Source of the DNA: Phoronis australis
Taxonomy: Eukaryota > Animalia > Phoronida
Assembly: GCA_002633005.1 (NCBI GenBank)
Contig: NMRA01000900.1
Span: 41,496 to 105,495 of the forward strand
Reading direction: 5' to 3'
Length of the DNA stretch: 64,000 nt
The notes under the pieces are model-generated. The model was not told the DNA's origin and made no database searches. It saw only the letters and a list, made by a program, of their open reading frames with translations. The position numbers were made by a program, and so were the translations under genes. Positions 13,901-28,900 of the stretch are shown piece after piece. The number at the start of each line of letters is the position of its first letter. Position 1 is the first letter of the stretch.

Positions 13901-16900
13901 AACCGTTAATTTTTATTTTCTTATTTGTCTCATTCACCCTTTTTTGTTTGACCAAAATTTAACCGTCAAATTGGTGTTTATTTGCTTGAAATCAGCTATC
14001 GGTAGTAACATAAGAAGTGATTCATTATCATAATTGCAGTGTTTACTTGTTTTCCTGGGTTTACTGGGTTTACTTTTATGGCACAAACAAAATATCGTAA
14101 CGAATTGGCTTGCCTAAGGGTTTTTCATTTTTGGTTTCTAACATTCAACCAACGGGGAGCATACCTTTCTGCTCAAACTTTCAACATCGAAGCGCTAACA
14201 GCTTACTGATGTACATGTAAAACCGCGACTGCACAGGGAAATTACTTGGCGGGTTTACGGGTATGAATTTATACGAAACATTTACGTGCATGTATGATTT
14301 TACATATAAAGTCTAATAAATGCTGTGGAAGGATTGTCAGCATATAACTATGTGGGCGCATAAAAATTGACACCAAAATTATTTCTTCTTAAAATTATTT
14401 CTGAAGAGAATGTAACGAATGAGTGGAAGAAATATACAACTACTAACATCCATGTTGATTCAATGCATTGTTATTATGGTACATGTTGTTTTGCTGCAAG
14501 AAACATAACAGGTAAGGCAACTTTTTCGGTAACATAAACTATAAAAAATGTCTTTTAGGTTTGCTGCCACTTAATTATGGATTATGAAGACCTTTTCAGT
14601 CTTCAAAATGCACAGTGTGAACACGCTTAGCTAAGCGTGAACTTAATGCCCCTTTTTCAATACTTGAACACTTGATGACGCTGTAACGATGGTTGTTCTG
14701 CATTGATGTTTAGGTCACCTTTCCTGCGAACCTGGGTTGACTTAGAGAGGTGTTCTGAAAAAAGTCAGCAGCTGAAGATGCAAATTGAAATAGCAGCGTT
14801 CTACCATAATTTAAAACTGCCTTGTTCTAAAGCGTGGGTTATCTTTAAAGACGTGTCTGTATTCCTCTCACTATAACCGGAGGCTCATGCAAGCAAACCA
14901 TAATGCACTGTAGACTTGGAAAATAAAATCACAGCCTAAAAAAACGAGCGAGCCCTCTACAAATGTAGTCGTGAGATCGAAAACTTTGCTCACTCATTTT
15001 TTGTCTGTCTTATCGTCTCCTTGCTGCACAACCTGGACACTCAGGGCAACGATTAAACGTGCCATAGAAAGATCACTTTTGTTTTTTTATAATTTGGTAG
15101 AAACTACGCCCACATTACTGTGTTGCTGCGTTCAACTTCAAAGTTTGCGAGGGTATTCTTGTTCCTGAATTACATATGTATATAAGGAACAAAACCGCAG
15201 GTAATATTCTTGGCAATTCCCTCTTACAAATCTGACGCTGTTGTCCAGGTGACCAGGCGTTCGCTGAAGAGAAGATCACCAAGGCCCTTAACTTAATATC
15301 TTCGTTGACTTGTCTCAAGTTCCAGTTATCAAGAGGCGTTATTACCGGGCCTTACATCTTGTTCAAGGCGTCAACAAGCAGGTAACATAACTCGAACACC
15401 TCGCAATGGTGCCACCTAGCGTTGTGATCAATTGACATTTTGGAAGGGTATTTGCTAACTTTGAAAATACGGATTTATTTTAGTTGGGAATTCTTATTGC
15501 AAATGCGTGTTTAAATTATAAATTTCTATAATTAATGCAATAGACGGATACGATGAAAGGGCATTTAAAAAGCATTATAACTTTCTTAGGTGCGGTTGTT
15601 TCAAAATTCAAGTTTTGTTTATTCTGTCTTTTGATCGAACACATCTACTGTATGTTTTGATTAGCGAATCGGCTCAAACTCACACGGTTGGCTGAAGTAT
15701 TGTATTCTGCATAAAACTTAAATAATAATAACAATGTTAATAACAATAGCGATGTTAATATCAATAATAATAACGATGATGGTGGTGGCGGTGGTGGTGA
15801 TGGTGATGGTGGTGATGATGGTGNNNNNNNNNNNNNNNNNNNNNNNNNNNNNNNNNNNNNNNNNNNNNNNNNNNNNNNNNNNNNNNTGGTGATGGTGGTG
15901 GTGATGGTGGTGGTGATTATGGTGGTGATGGTGATGGTGGTGGTGATGGTGATGAAGGTAGCGGTTGTGGTGGATTTATCAGAATCACACAAGTACCGAA
16001 TAATAAAAGAAAACCATGAAAACACAATACAGTAAAAACACAAGACACGCACAATATAAAAAATCGGGGTCATATTTCAATTATGATTGAGACTTGAAAT
16101 TTTGGCTTGGTTTGTCAGATTTCATCTACCTGGAAGAGTATGTAGGTGTTGCAAACCCCTTGCCAAATAGACGTAATCACGCTAAGTGGCACTGCATTTA
16201 CTACTTCCCGGATGAAGCAGTAACATTGTCCTAAAATAACTAAAGAAATATCACACTGTGCTCCGTGGTTGCACAAATATATATTTGGGAACAAGCGCCC
16301 GTTCCGATATTCAATAAAAGCCCTGAATATATACTAATATATGACATTCATTAGTTACCCCGCGAAGTTGGTACATGTACTTTATGACTGAAGGAGACCT
16401 GATAATATTCTCGTTTCCTAGGTGTTTTTGGCGACGTTTGTTTGGTGCTTAATACAGTGTAAGTAATACCATCTTCTCCTTGCACCAAAAAGAGGAAACT
16501 CCTCTTTTAATGTCGGATGATCGGGAAATTAACGCCCGCTGTGAGATCTTGGCACCCGATGACCGGTCCTTCTTATTTCTATAATTAAAAAAATGCTGAA
16601 TTTTTGTTCATGATATGATGGCTTGATTATGGTCAACACTGCGGCTAACAATGAGATTCTGTATCAGGCTCATGCTCATCCGTGGATCACAACTGACTGT
16701 CTAAATCCTGGCCAATGTATTATATCTCCGTTCTGTTATTGTTCCGCAGCTGCAAGGCTCGCATCGGCCAATTGTCCGGCGCAAACGTCATAGAGATGGT
16801 TCATGGAGGCGGCATTACATGCTTTGCAGTAAGTTTAGTATTTAGTCAGCAAACAAAGAAGAGCCAAGCCTCGTTTCCATTAAAGCATTCAGAAATAGTT

Positions 16901-19900
16901 GTATCACCTAAAGTACGTACACGTAAAACACCAGACTGGGTTGACCAGCGAGGCAGAGGTCGTGGAAATAGTTGATAACTTCTTTTATTCAAAACACCCC
17001 TCGGTATTCACGTAATGATGATATAAATTTATGACCAGGCGCTGGTTTTCTCATATTCGTGCTCTTTTAAGACATTTGTACGTTTTCTGGTCTCATAGAA
17101 ATTGTCTTATATACCCTATAATGTTATCTACTCCGAAATTCCACAAGCAATACGTATTCCCAACTGGAAACGGGTGACTTATGAAGACAGTTTAGTAGGT
17201 GTACCAATTCAGCTGTGCAATGCCTGGATTGTCATTTCTCCAGTGACCTGAGTAGCAGTAAAGAAGCAAGCATGTCAACGATCATCTCATGTAAAGTACA
17301 TTGTACATGCGATACTTATTACATCCACACGTTCTTGCAATGCTGACAATATCTAAGGTATTCATCGGTCATTTTAAAGGATTTTTAAAATCAGCCCCTT
17401 CGTTTTCATGCCGCGAGTATAGCGTTTACAGACCAAGCCTAGCCCAGGCGGGGTGCTTTACCCCATCCAGGCAGCCAGTCAAGCCTATTCTTAAGGACAC
17501 GCCAAAGTTAATTGGGCGTCCAAGTCTTTGTTACAAGATAATGTACCTGTGATTAGTAAAATCAGCTGAGGTTTATTGACTTAGAAATACAAAATGTGCG
17601 GTGACGTCCTGTCTTCAGATGATCGGGGGGAGTGGGGTGTAATCTGTACATGCAAATTTTTATAAGCTGTGTTCTTTATTGACAATATCCGTTTGTTTGC
17701 TTTAGGAAGGGATAATCGTCCATGAAGTGATGCACGCACTCGGCCACTTCCACGAACAATCTCGAAGTGACAGGGATGATTACATAACAATCTTGTATGA
17801 TAACATAAAACCGGGTTACGAAAGCGAGTACAAAAAAGTTTCCAACACTAATAATCTCGAACCTTATGACTACGAGAGTATAATGCATTACAGTCAGAAG
17901 GTAAGATCGTATTCAAGGGATACCCCTTCATGTCATCTACAGCAAGACTGTAGAATTTACAACCTCAGTGTGGATCGTGCTTTTACTCAGTTTATATTAG
18001 CTATGCAATGCAAGGAAGTTCTTACTGCCAAAATAGGCAACAGATTCTATTACAACTTTTTCAAGCATGCCTAAAACATCTGATTGTCAAATTCGCTCAG
18101 TATTGTTTTGTAGAAACAAATATTAGATGTCTGGGTGTGATGGTGTGACTTAAAATTGGCTTCTTTTGTTTCTGACGAACAATAATATCCTGGAACTGAG
18201 AGATGGCCACGTACTCTCAAATATCTTGTCTCTTTCAGAAACAAGACCAATTTAATTCATCGTTTCTTTTCTTTAGGTATTTGCCGTGACAGGAACCCGA
18301 ACGTTTATCACCAAGCCCTCAGGAATGTTTGACTTCTTAGTTGGACAAAGACTGCAACTGTCGTTTTACGATGTGAAAACAATAAATGAGGGATATCAGT
18401 GCACTGGTAATACGTGTATAAATATAGCCACCACAACAGCTTATTCGAAGGAGAACCGCTATTATACTGAGATTCATAACAACTGAAAACGTTGTTAAAT
18501 GAGTAGTCAACGTAATGAGTTGCAAACTCACTTCAAGTTATTACGTTGAGTTCTTAACACGCTATAACGCAGCCAAAGTCGTAGTGTGCAGTTTGCAACT
18601 GCTTACCATGACTTTTTAACTCATTACTCAGAGTTTGCATTCGTTACAGTTATTGTGCCACTTACTAAGTTGAAAAGTCAACAAATTGCTGCCTATTTTT
18701 AATGAAATATCAATGAAATAGCGAATCGAAACTTTGGGATTCAATATTGACGATCTCACACAATGAATTTGATGTATTCAAAATGAAGTTGCAACATATC
18801 AGAATCAGTTGAAAACCCGACGAAGTTTCAACGTCATTGTAACTACTCGTTAACTCAATGCCATTGGTTAAAGTCTAAGTGTGATTGCAAATTAGTTTTC
18901 TACTTAGTAAATAGGTTGTGATTGCATTGCTATGAGTTGGTAAGGGATTATACATACTTGATACATATGCGAACTCATCGTAATTATTGTACAAGTAAAT
19001 GTGAAAACATTGTGATTTGTTCGATTAAATGTAGGAGCTGACAACTCATTGTTATGAGTCTGCAACTCGCTATTATAACTTTGAAGTTATTACATGTATA
19101 ATGCCTTGAACTTGGCGTACGCTGTAGGTAAAACGCAACTACGCTGCCTCAGTAAACCGTTATCGAATTCTTTTCACACAATGTACACATATCTGCTCAT
19201 TTCATATCATCGATTTCAAAATTTGGTTATAATTTCGTTGGGAAATAATTGTGAATCAACAGAAATTCCATCGATGTATCCAAATCTTCTTCCCATCATA
19301 CTCACCGGATGTTATAATGTTCGTACTCCTGATATTTTGATTAGCTGTAAACTTATTACTGTCACGATCATGCAGTTACTAAATTGTCATGAACTAATGA
19401 CGGACGCGTGCAGCCATTCTCAGATTTATAATGGACATCACATCTCTCTGTTACCCTAAAGAACTGCAAACATTGGAACGTCTATGTGCACGGTGGGGCC
19501 AAAATTAAGGGACGTTAATATATGCTTATGTTTGAAACTGTATGTTTTTAGCCAATTGCCCAAACAACTGTCAGAATCACGGCTACTCCAGCGCCATCGA
19601 CGGCCAGTGTAAGTGTTCATGCCCGTCCTATTTAAAGGGAGATGATTGCGGGTCTGTAGACTCTGATCCAGGTAAGAATTTCTTGTCTTTGTCAAGCACT
19701 GTAACTGTTTGCAGTGCTGTCGTACCATCCATAAACTTAGCATTCACCAGTTAACAACAAATGAAAAACCTGTCAATCATGTGTATCTTGTCACACTGAG
19801 AATTAGTCTACTACTGCAAACTTGTGTATTACTAGCGGATCATCTTGAAACTAAAAGCGCAGCATTTGATAAAAAACCGTATAAACCAGGCTGTAATGGA

Positions 19901-22900
19901 TTGTTCTAACAAAAGTACAGATACGACCAATATTTTTACCGCAGGGACCTTCCCGTAACCGCAGTCAATATGGCAAACTTTAGAAGCGCGGCTGCAGAAG
20001 CATCGTTTTTGATGATGGATGTATTTTGTGAAATTGAGCGCATGCGCACGTCATATCATGCACGTGATGTCACATCATGTGGCATCTATAGGTTTAATTG
20101 CTAGTGCCTAGGGTATTTGAAGTGCATTGTCGGTAGGTATATTAACGGTTCCAATTTAGAGCAATCTAACTTGTCCGAGACACTGTCGCCACCTCAAGCT
20201 GCTTCACGCTGTAATCGCTGTATGTTCCAGTAGTAGGAATGAAAAGTGTGTTGAGCAGTCCACGAGGTCACAAACTGGAACGAATGTACGTTTCGTAATA
20301 AACAAGAAAGTTTTAGATCTAGTGTTAATTTTTGTACGCTGGGCTATTGAAGTACACCATCCGTGGATATCTGAACAGTTCCAGTTGAGACCAATGTAAT
20401 GTATTACTCCGAGACAGTATCGGTTTACGTAGCAGCTTCACGCTGTTATGGTTTGATTATCCAGTGTTAGGAATAAAACATGTCTCGGGATGTCAACTTG
20501 TCACGCTTCGGTTAATTTACTTGTATTTCTATCCTCGTGCTTGATTTTATCCAGATTAGTGAAAATTATTTAATGTTGAAAACGCAATGCAAAAACTTTT
20601 TGCGAAACGTTAACGAAAGCGAATTTATACATACCTGTAAGCTTTGAAAATTGTGAAGTGCACCCTAATGCTGTACATGTATGTCAACACAGATTCGAAA
20701 TGATAGTATTCACGTCAATTGTTTGCAGTACCTGTACTATTTTTGGAAGTCCTTCGTAATCCTTCGTTTTCGCGAAGTTGTTGCATCTGTGGACGGCATA
20801 CACGGGTTGCAAGGTCCCCGTGAGATTTTAAAAACAATTTCGCCACGCCTTGGTTTGCAAATTAATATTTCGGATTATGATTGCGTTTATTGCTCCCACA
20901 TCGTTATTATTTCGAATAAATAGTTTGATTGACTCTTCCCAACAATGTGTTGTCTAATAACAGAATGAGTGCAAAGTAATCTGTTAATTCACAATCAGGC
21001 ATTCAATGGTAGAAAACTCAGCCTATCATATGCTTCAACAGATAAAAATTGTGGATTGTTGTTTTTGTCTCAGATTTGCATCTTCCGTTAACAGTAGGCA
21101 TCATGAAGTATAGTTGCTTCATTTTCTAGTATAAAGAACACTAATATTAACTTAAAAAGTGCATCGTTTCTATGTTTAGACTGCGGCGGAATTCACACGT
21201 TCTCCGGAGTAGGAGATACATTTAATATCACCATAGAAAGCACGCCTGAGGATGAGCCGCGCAAATGCGTTTACCTGCTGAAGGTATGCCACGGGGCGGA
21301 TCCAGGATTTTGAGTTAGGGGGGCCAGGGCACATGAATTACCAGAATTTCACCACATGTGGGCGCCCAGCCTAAAATGTAAGGGTGCAGGTGTCTCCAAT
21401 TTTTGGGTTTGTGGACCTTATTACTAAAAAAACGGTAAACGAGGTTTGTTCAAGGCCTATGCATTCGCTCCCCGAGCCCCCTGATTGCGCGCATATGCTA
21501 GTCAGCATTTCGCATCCCGAACTGTCAAATGGTATCTGGGAGAATTTTAGGGGGGCCAAGGTCCTCTTGCTCCCATCCTAAATCCAACACTGTATGCTAC
21601 CAATAAACTTGCACTTTTTTACTTCAGAGAATGGTTGCTTATCATGTTTCAACGGATGACAGGCGACGCTTTATCTCTGTGTCATACATGTTTCTTTTTC
21701 CTTTTACCGCAGCGGAACTTGACGGAGAACTTTTTGATCATTAATTAGCCGACGATGCAGTGAATTAACATTAACATCTACATGTACATGTACGTTCTAG
21801 GAAGTCAGAGTAATTGCCAGCTCCTACAAATTTGATCACTTAAAAATGTCGATACCAGCCTGTGGTGGATTTAAGGGGGGCCAAGGAGGCCACCTCGCCC
21901 ATAAAATTCCCCTGTGTTCCATTTGGCACTTCGGGGGATCAACTATCTGACGGCCAAAATTTGCCTAAGAGTCTGCCCTGCCCCCCAAACTCAAGTCCTG
22001 GATCCATCCCCTGCCAGCTGAATGGTGACATAATGGCACAATAATTGTTCACATCCAATTTTATTATTGGTATGCGTTAGTGTATTTTTCGATTTCATGT
22101 TTGATCAGTAATCGGGAGAGAAATATGCTTTAAACCAAGGAAGAGTGTCCTTTAGAAGTGGTGACATTTTGGGTCAAAACTTACTTGCCAGAAATTCTGT
22201 GAAGTTCTGTGACATTTGGGATTGATCGGTGACGTTCTCTGACATTTGAAATTCTTTGACAGAACGTAGGGAAATTTACGAGTCAATCAGGTTGTTTATT
22301 TTTGTTTGCAGTTGTTTGATGCTGCATCAAGTGTTGGCTATTGTTCACAAATTGTAAAAATACGGGAAACGCCATTATTACTGACAAATACTGCGTCTCA
22401 CGTGTGTGACAAAAACAAAGTTGACATGACTTATACACGTAAGAATCACCAGAAAAATAATTTACTTCCATGTGACGAGTTGAAAAATTTGAGACCATAG
22501 AACACGAATTCATTCTCTGTTACATGTGCATGGATATGGAAAACTGCGGATTTGACAAACGTTTTCTTTTACAGACAGAGACTGATCTTTGTTCGTTCCC
22601 GTTTTTAGGGTCCTGACGATAGTATTATCAACCTCCATAACGTAGACTTTGACATGGGGATCGAAAACCACGTAGCTCAACCGATCAACACTGTGGAAAT
22701 ACGTCACAACATGTTGCCTCAAATGGGTATCATATACGGGGCGCGCACCCGTTTGGAAGACTTGAACACTGTGAAGCAATTTTCGGAAAACTTGATGATG
22801 CTGATTTACCAAGAGGGCGCTACCAGCAAGTCGGGCCCAGCAATAGCTAAGTTTGTGGCAAGGGCAACTACAAAGGAGGGTAATACAATGGATTTCATTG

Positions 22901-25900
22901 AAAAGTTGTACTATATGTACACAAAATGAGATGGTTGGTTTCACGTCCAAGCCTCTAAGCCTAAATGTTACACCCTCTTTTTATCCTGATCGTCAATGGA
23001 TGTTTACGAAGTTTAGATTGTGCACGTAATAAGGTAGAGATATTGTCAAAATTCAGCCCATAACGCTCGTGCCTCGGTGTCCAGATCATGAAATAAAATG
23101 TCAGCACGGGACAAGAATATAGATGACGAGCCATCGGCATGCTTCACTTGAAGTTAACCTGTAATCTCCTACCAAAAAACCCTCGTTGAAGTCACTAACT
23201 ACAACAGTATCGAACAAGACTTTTTAATCGCTGGCAATATTCTGTTCGCCTAATGATTCATATTTCATTCATCATGACTATTGGGAATTAATGAAGAAAC
23301 GAAATTGAGCACTCTTAAAAAAGATCCGATATACTTTCGCTATCGTTAGTCAAATATCTTCATTCCTGAAAGTGGTTATTAGAACCAACACTTTTTTATA
23401 TCTTTTGGGTCTAAAGGAATTAATAGTCCAGTTTTCTCTCATATTTTAATATTGAGGAGGACAGCACGATAGTCAGCTTGATGTGACATAGGGTGCCACA
23501 CTGTAAACTATAATTTTATTTGATGCCTTTTTATCACCATATATACACAAATGCAAAATAACAAATTCACCCTTGTACATTCTATGCTAAAGACAAGTGC
23601 CTATCCAATCCATGTTTTGGTAGCGCCACCTGTGTACCAGACCTTGTCAACGACAATTTTACTTGCATTTGCCCACGCAACTACTACGGAAGGATCTGCA
23701 CAGAGTTAGGTAGGTATTCTCACCATAACCAATCAAACATCTGAAATGCATTCCATGACGCTAGCATAGCTTTCGTGAAGCAATGCCATCTGGCGACTGT
23801 TGTGTCAGGAGAGATCATATTGATAATCCTACGTACATGTAGAAACCCCCCACACTATTGTGGGTCCGTTCCTAGAAAACGGAATTAGCTATGACAAACC
23901 TTAAATTTCTGCCAATTTTAAGACAAACGTTTATTATACTACAATAATGGCCAATGCAAGCGTGTAATAACCCCTGTAGTTATTGAATGGCGTTAGATAA
24001 CATTTTGGAGGGAAACCGGGGCCGGTTTCAGACCTGCTTTGCACGAGTTTCTCGTCGTCGACTTTACCACTGCACCATGCAACATCTGACGTCATCGAAT
24101 GTGAAAATAGAATATTTAAGTGTGCACTCGCAACAATTGCATGTTCAACAAACTACATGGTACTGACATTGATACGCTATGAAAAGTAAGACCCACAATT
24201 TGAATAAATGACATCTTTAATTCAATAAATTTATCTGTCATTTTCACGCTCTTGTAAATCATCGATCTCAAGTTTGAATGTGAGTATTGTGTCGTCGGGA
24301 TTCTTTGAACTGAACACTACATGTATATTCAGTAACCTTTGGTAACGTATTATGGAAGACGATATATTCTCGGTGGATGCTTAGCATGAAAAGATGCAAA
24401 GTAAGCTAAACTAGTTCCTTAAAAATTACTTTACAGATTCACGTTATTTGAATTTTGTTTCAATTTTTATTTGGTTTTAAGTAAAAACTTCATTTTAACA
24501 AGAAAATCTCGGCGTTTTTTAAAAGGTCACGTCCTCCGATCCCAAGCCTCTGACATAGAATGTAGAAAATAGTCACAAAAGCTGAGGCGAGTCGAGATCA
24601 TCGCAATGTTCATCGTTCAGTATGTGGTATGAATAGATTATTACATGTTCTCAGTCGTTATCCCCGTTATCTGGAGTCCTCGTGAATTTTGTAGATTTAT
24701 CGCAATCGGAGTTCACGCACCTCCCGCGATAATTCTCCAAAATCCACTCGGGCTCTAGATTACGGTGGGTAACGAATTCGCCATGTAATAATCTATATAT
24801 ACCATGTAATAATCTATATATACCGTGTAATAATCTATATGTACCGTGTAATAATCTATATATACCATGTAATAATCTACATATACCATGTAATAATCTA
24901 TATATACCATGTAATAATCCATATATACCATGTCTCAAGTCCGTTTCAAGAAAAAAAATGTTAAGTTTGACTTAAGTTATTGACGTAAGTGCTGTACTGA
25001 TTTTAACTAACTTACTTGATGTTGAAGAATCAAAAATTTGAAGTTGAGGCGAATCTTAGACTAAAGTCAAACATGAACTTGAGACGGTTTCTTGGAATAG
25101 ATCCTGCATTTCAGTCCCACTGACCGATCATTCAATGCCTACAATTGTCACGTGTACGATAGTTTTGTCGCGATCTTACTTACGGAGCACAAACTTATCA
25201 TTAGCGTCATTTTGTATGGTGCCACCAAATTTGAAAGTACCGGGGCTTTCCAGTTTTATCTTTAAGCGTTCCTGCAATGGATATTTTTGCATTTTTGAGG
25301 TCTCAGGCCGTGTATGCCAATTTTATAACACAAATTCAAACTAAATACTTGCTAACTATTGGAAATAATTCGGGTATTTTAAATTTCAAGGAAAAATAAA
25401 TGATTTCGTGGCTTCCTGACTTGTGACGTCCTCAATGGAAGACGTTGATCACTTGACAGTATATACATGTAGTCAATGACTGGTAGTAGTTCTTGTGTAA
25501 GTTGTGAAGACTTGAAAAGCGAGTTTGAGCAATATTATGAAGACATGTATGGTGATTTTGATGAAGATGACACCCTGGGATTAGGTAGTGCGATAGATTT
25601 CGCCATATCGGCAGACTGCGTGTTTTAGTCCGTACAAACACGACCTTCCCGCCCTGTCGTCTTCGGCAAGTAAGCCAATTCGGTGCCTATTCAGTCTGCA
25701 GACAGTCCTGATTTCAGAGTGGTAATTAAAACATTTTACTGAATCCCCACTAAACTATCTAACCATTTTTGCCGTGTATTAGGTATCCAGGACTATATAC
25801 ACTATGTAAACGAAGTTTTTATGCTGGCTCTTAAAGACCAGTCGCGAATAGCGGACACTGATTTCATTTCTTCGAATACCGAGGGTCTTTGTCAGTAACG

Positions 25901-28900
25901 ATGTATCTAAGTGTAATGATAGTAACTGGATTTTATTTTTGCCCAGCGATATTCGGCTGCAGTCGTGACGTCAAACAAAAAACTATTTGCGAGGCATATA
26001 CGCCCCACTTTCTACTATTGGGCATTGGCGTGGCGTACATGTGAATAATATACATTCCCACAAAATACTGAACAGGAATAGACTGATAGGGAACTTAATG
26101 CATCACATTTATTATCTCAGTCACTAGAATTTATGCTGAAGCCCAGACTCAATATGCGCTGGACAACTACGTTGCCAGCAATGGTAGAACACAATACGCC
26201 CTTTTCTCCACCACCTACACTTCTAAACACAGCGTGGCTGCTGAAACTGATCGCTTGCTCCAAGACGTGAAGCCATACACGTGTCTGACCCCCAACCTGT
26301 GCCATATCTGGGCGATCTTAGGATCCTTTAGAAACGCAAACACTGTGTGAAGTTCCAAATGCATTTGAAACTATATAACGTGAAGATATCGAGATTTTTG
26401 ACTTTGAGTTGTGCCATTGATGTTTTGTGCCAGTGAAGACCTCTGTTTGGTACTCGAGCTCCAGCTGCTTGTATAAACACCTGATAAAATTTGAAGAAAC
26501 GGCAACTCATGAACAGCAGCTCAGCTTGTCAGCGTCTCGATCTAGTTGAACCCAATTTCAGAGTTCGAAACAAACAAGTTCAAGTAGCGTAAATGTACAT
26601 GTAGGGCACCAGTCACTGTTATGAGTCGGGTCAGACATGTCACCTATGATTACACCCGCCCACACTTATGTCTGCACTCTACGTTTGCTACACACAGTGC
26701 ACACCTGTATCCGTGGAACGCCATTGGCAGCCAAAAGCATCGCTGCAGTCGACCGCTTGACTGAGAGTTTCCGGAGGCTGATTGGTGAAAGACAAAACGA
26801 CCCCACGGTGCAGCAGGAAAACGACGTTTCATTATCATTTAAATACGGTCCTCAGATAGAAGAGTAGACTATTGGAAGTACTGCTTCTTTTGAGGTGATT
26901 GCACTGGCTAGCTAGCAGTGGGATCTCTTGCTTAAAGGTGCATATAATAGTCACATAAATGTAGGCTTTTATTTATATGATTTATCTCAAAATCATTTTT
27001 TTCCAGATCAGAATAAGCTATTAACTGATGACTTTGAGAGTTCTGCGCTAGGGTTTATGATGAATGTAGATGGAGATGACACCGATTGGATAAGACGTTC
27101 TGTAAGTTGTAAAGCATCTTATATAAATCAGAAGAAACTCATATTTTTTTCTGACTTGATATTTTTCTCTAAAAGAGGCAAAATAACACCATTTGTAAGC
27201 AAACCTTAGATACCTTAGAGTTATCGCTGTTACGCACACAGCAAATGGCGACCTTACGGTATAGTAACAGTTCGTGTTCATCTTTTGGTAACTGGAAAGC
27301 GTGTGCTGTTACGGAAACGATTTTCCTCCATTGTATGGTTTTCATATGTCCGTTGAAAGGCTAAATGAGGTAAGAACGAGTCTCACTATTGATCACACAA
27401 TAGTACAGCAGGTGCACATCAATGTTTGTTTAAATTTATTTTTATACAGGGAGATACGCCAACCTTCAACTCAGGGCCGTCATCTGGATATTTATCAGCC
27501 ACCTACCTGTATGTGGAGGCTTCAAGTCCGACGTCTAACGGCGACTCCGCCATACTCTCGACGACATGCGACTTCTGTAAGAGTTGTAAAAAGATTCCCG
27601 AAAGCCTGTCAGTAAAATGACGTTCATATACCTTGTATCTCATTCCACGTGTGACGTAACATGCACTCATTCTTTAAAGCAGTTTGTTGTGCAACACAAT
27701 ATTCCCATGCAAATTTCTTGCTTGATTCTAAACAATGTTAATGGGAGTCCAGAAATCATTGCAGAACGCCAACTTCCAGCTTTTGAGTTAGCGTCGTGAT
27801 TTATTGCATTCAAGTGAATTTCCGAATTCAAGCTTCAAGCACATCTAACCATTACTTTTACTACAGTGTATAAGTAGCTTGCAAAACGACTATTCCTTAT
27901 TTTCACTTGTTTGCCTGTGTTTTATCTTCTGAAAACGGTTTTTGGTTTAGCGCAGCGAAAGGATTCCAAGAGATTCATGTTTGTCTAGATTTAAAGTTGA
28001 TAGTGGTAGCAAATAGCTTTTTCTGAGTTAAATTACAACGTTACTGGAAGTGATGATGTCATTCATTTTGAGCGTCATTTCGTCCTATTCAGTTCCGACT
28101 AAACAATTAATTCCTATCCAACCTTTGTACTCTCAAAGAAACACGCTAATAGTAACCGTTGTCTATTTTTGTTACCAAAAATAACATCGTAACCATTGTC
28201 TACTTAAGCTAATCAAACAGCAAGTAAAAAGTGACACATGCACGTTTTTCTTGTTGGTAAGTGGATTAGATTCTCGTCATGTTCAGGAACATTATGAGAG
28301 TCCCATACCTGATTCTAGCTTGGTTTCTTCTGGATAACGGTGGCTATGCCCCCACCCGCTAGAATTATTCCAAATTTAATTTGGAAGTTTGGGCAGCGAA
28401 TGTCTGACAAGCAAAATCCTAGTTAAAGCTCTGCCCACCCCCCTTAAATTCTGGCTCCGCCCGTGCATAAAGTGGTTCTTTAAGAAGCAAAAACAGGCGA
28501 ACCTGGCTTAGTGGAGGGAAAGTCAATAAATGTACACTACGTTTATCTTGAACGTATTTGTTTTCGTAGATGTTAATATGCGTTTACGGAGCCAGTGTAT
28601 TTTCATCATGGCCTTGTTTTCAAATTCAACGTCAGTTGAAATAAATAAGGACGAGTCTGGTTGTATAGAGTTTACGCTTCTGGAATCACTTAAACTTAAC
28701 AATAAAGCCTCAACATAAAGAGCTGAAGATCGCATTTTTGACCTAAAACTTGGAAATGGGAGTTTTTACTAGTCTCTTTTTGCAACATTCTGCATAAAAA
28801 ATCAGTCACTTGTCCATTGTGTTGAGACTAGCAGCAGCTCGCGTTGTGTCCAGAGTAGAGTTCAATAGCTGTCTCATGACTACAGCAATCTAGCCAAAGC

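Noticed and set aside
15645-16073. Thr/Pro-rich mucin-like ORF on the minus strand
   Set aside because: It is a translation of a trinucleotide microsatellite across an N gap.
24651-24938. ORF with HGIYRLL repeats, and the array as a possible CRISPR
   Set aside because: It is a translation of a 21-bp minisatellite. There are no unique spacers or cas genes, and the context is a eukaryotic intron.
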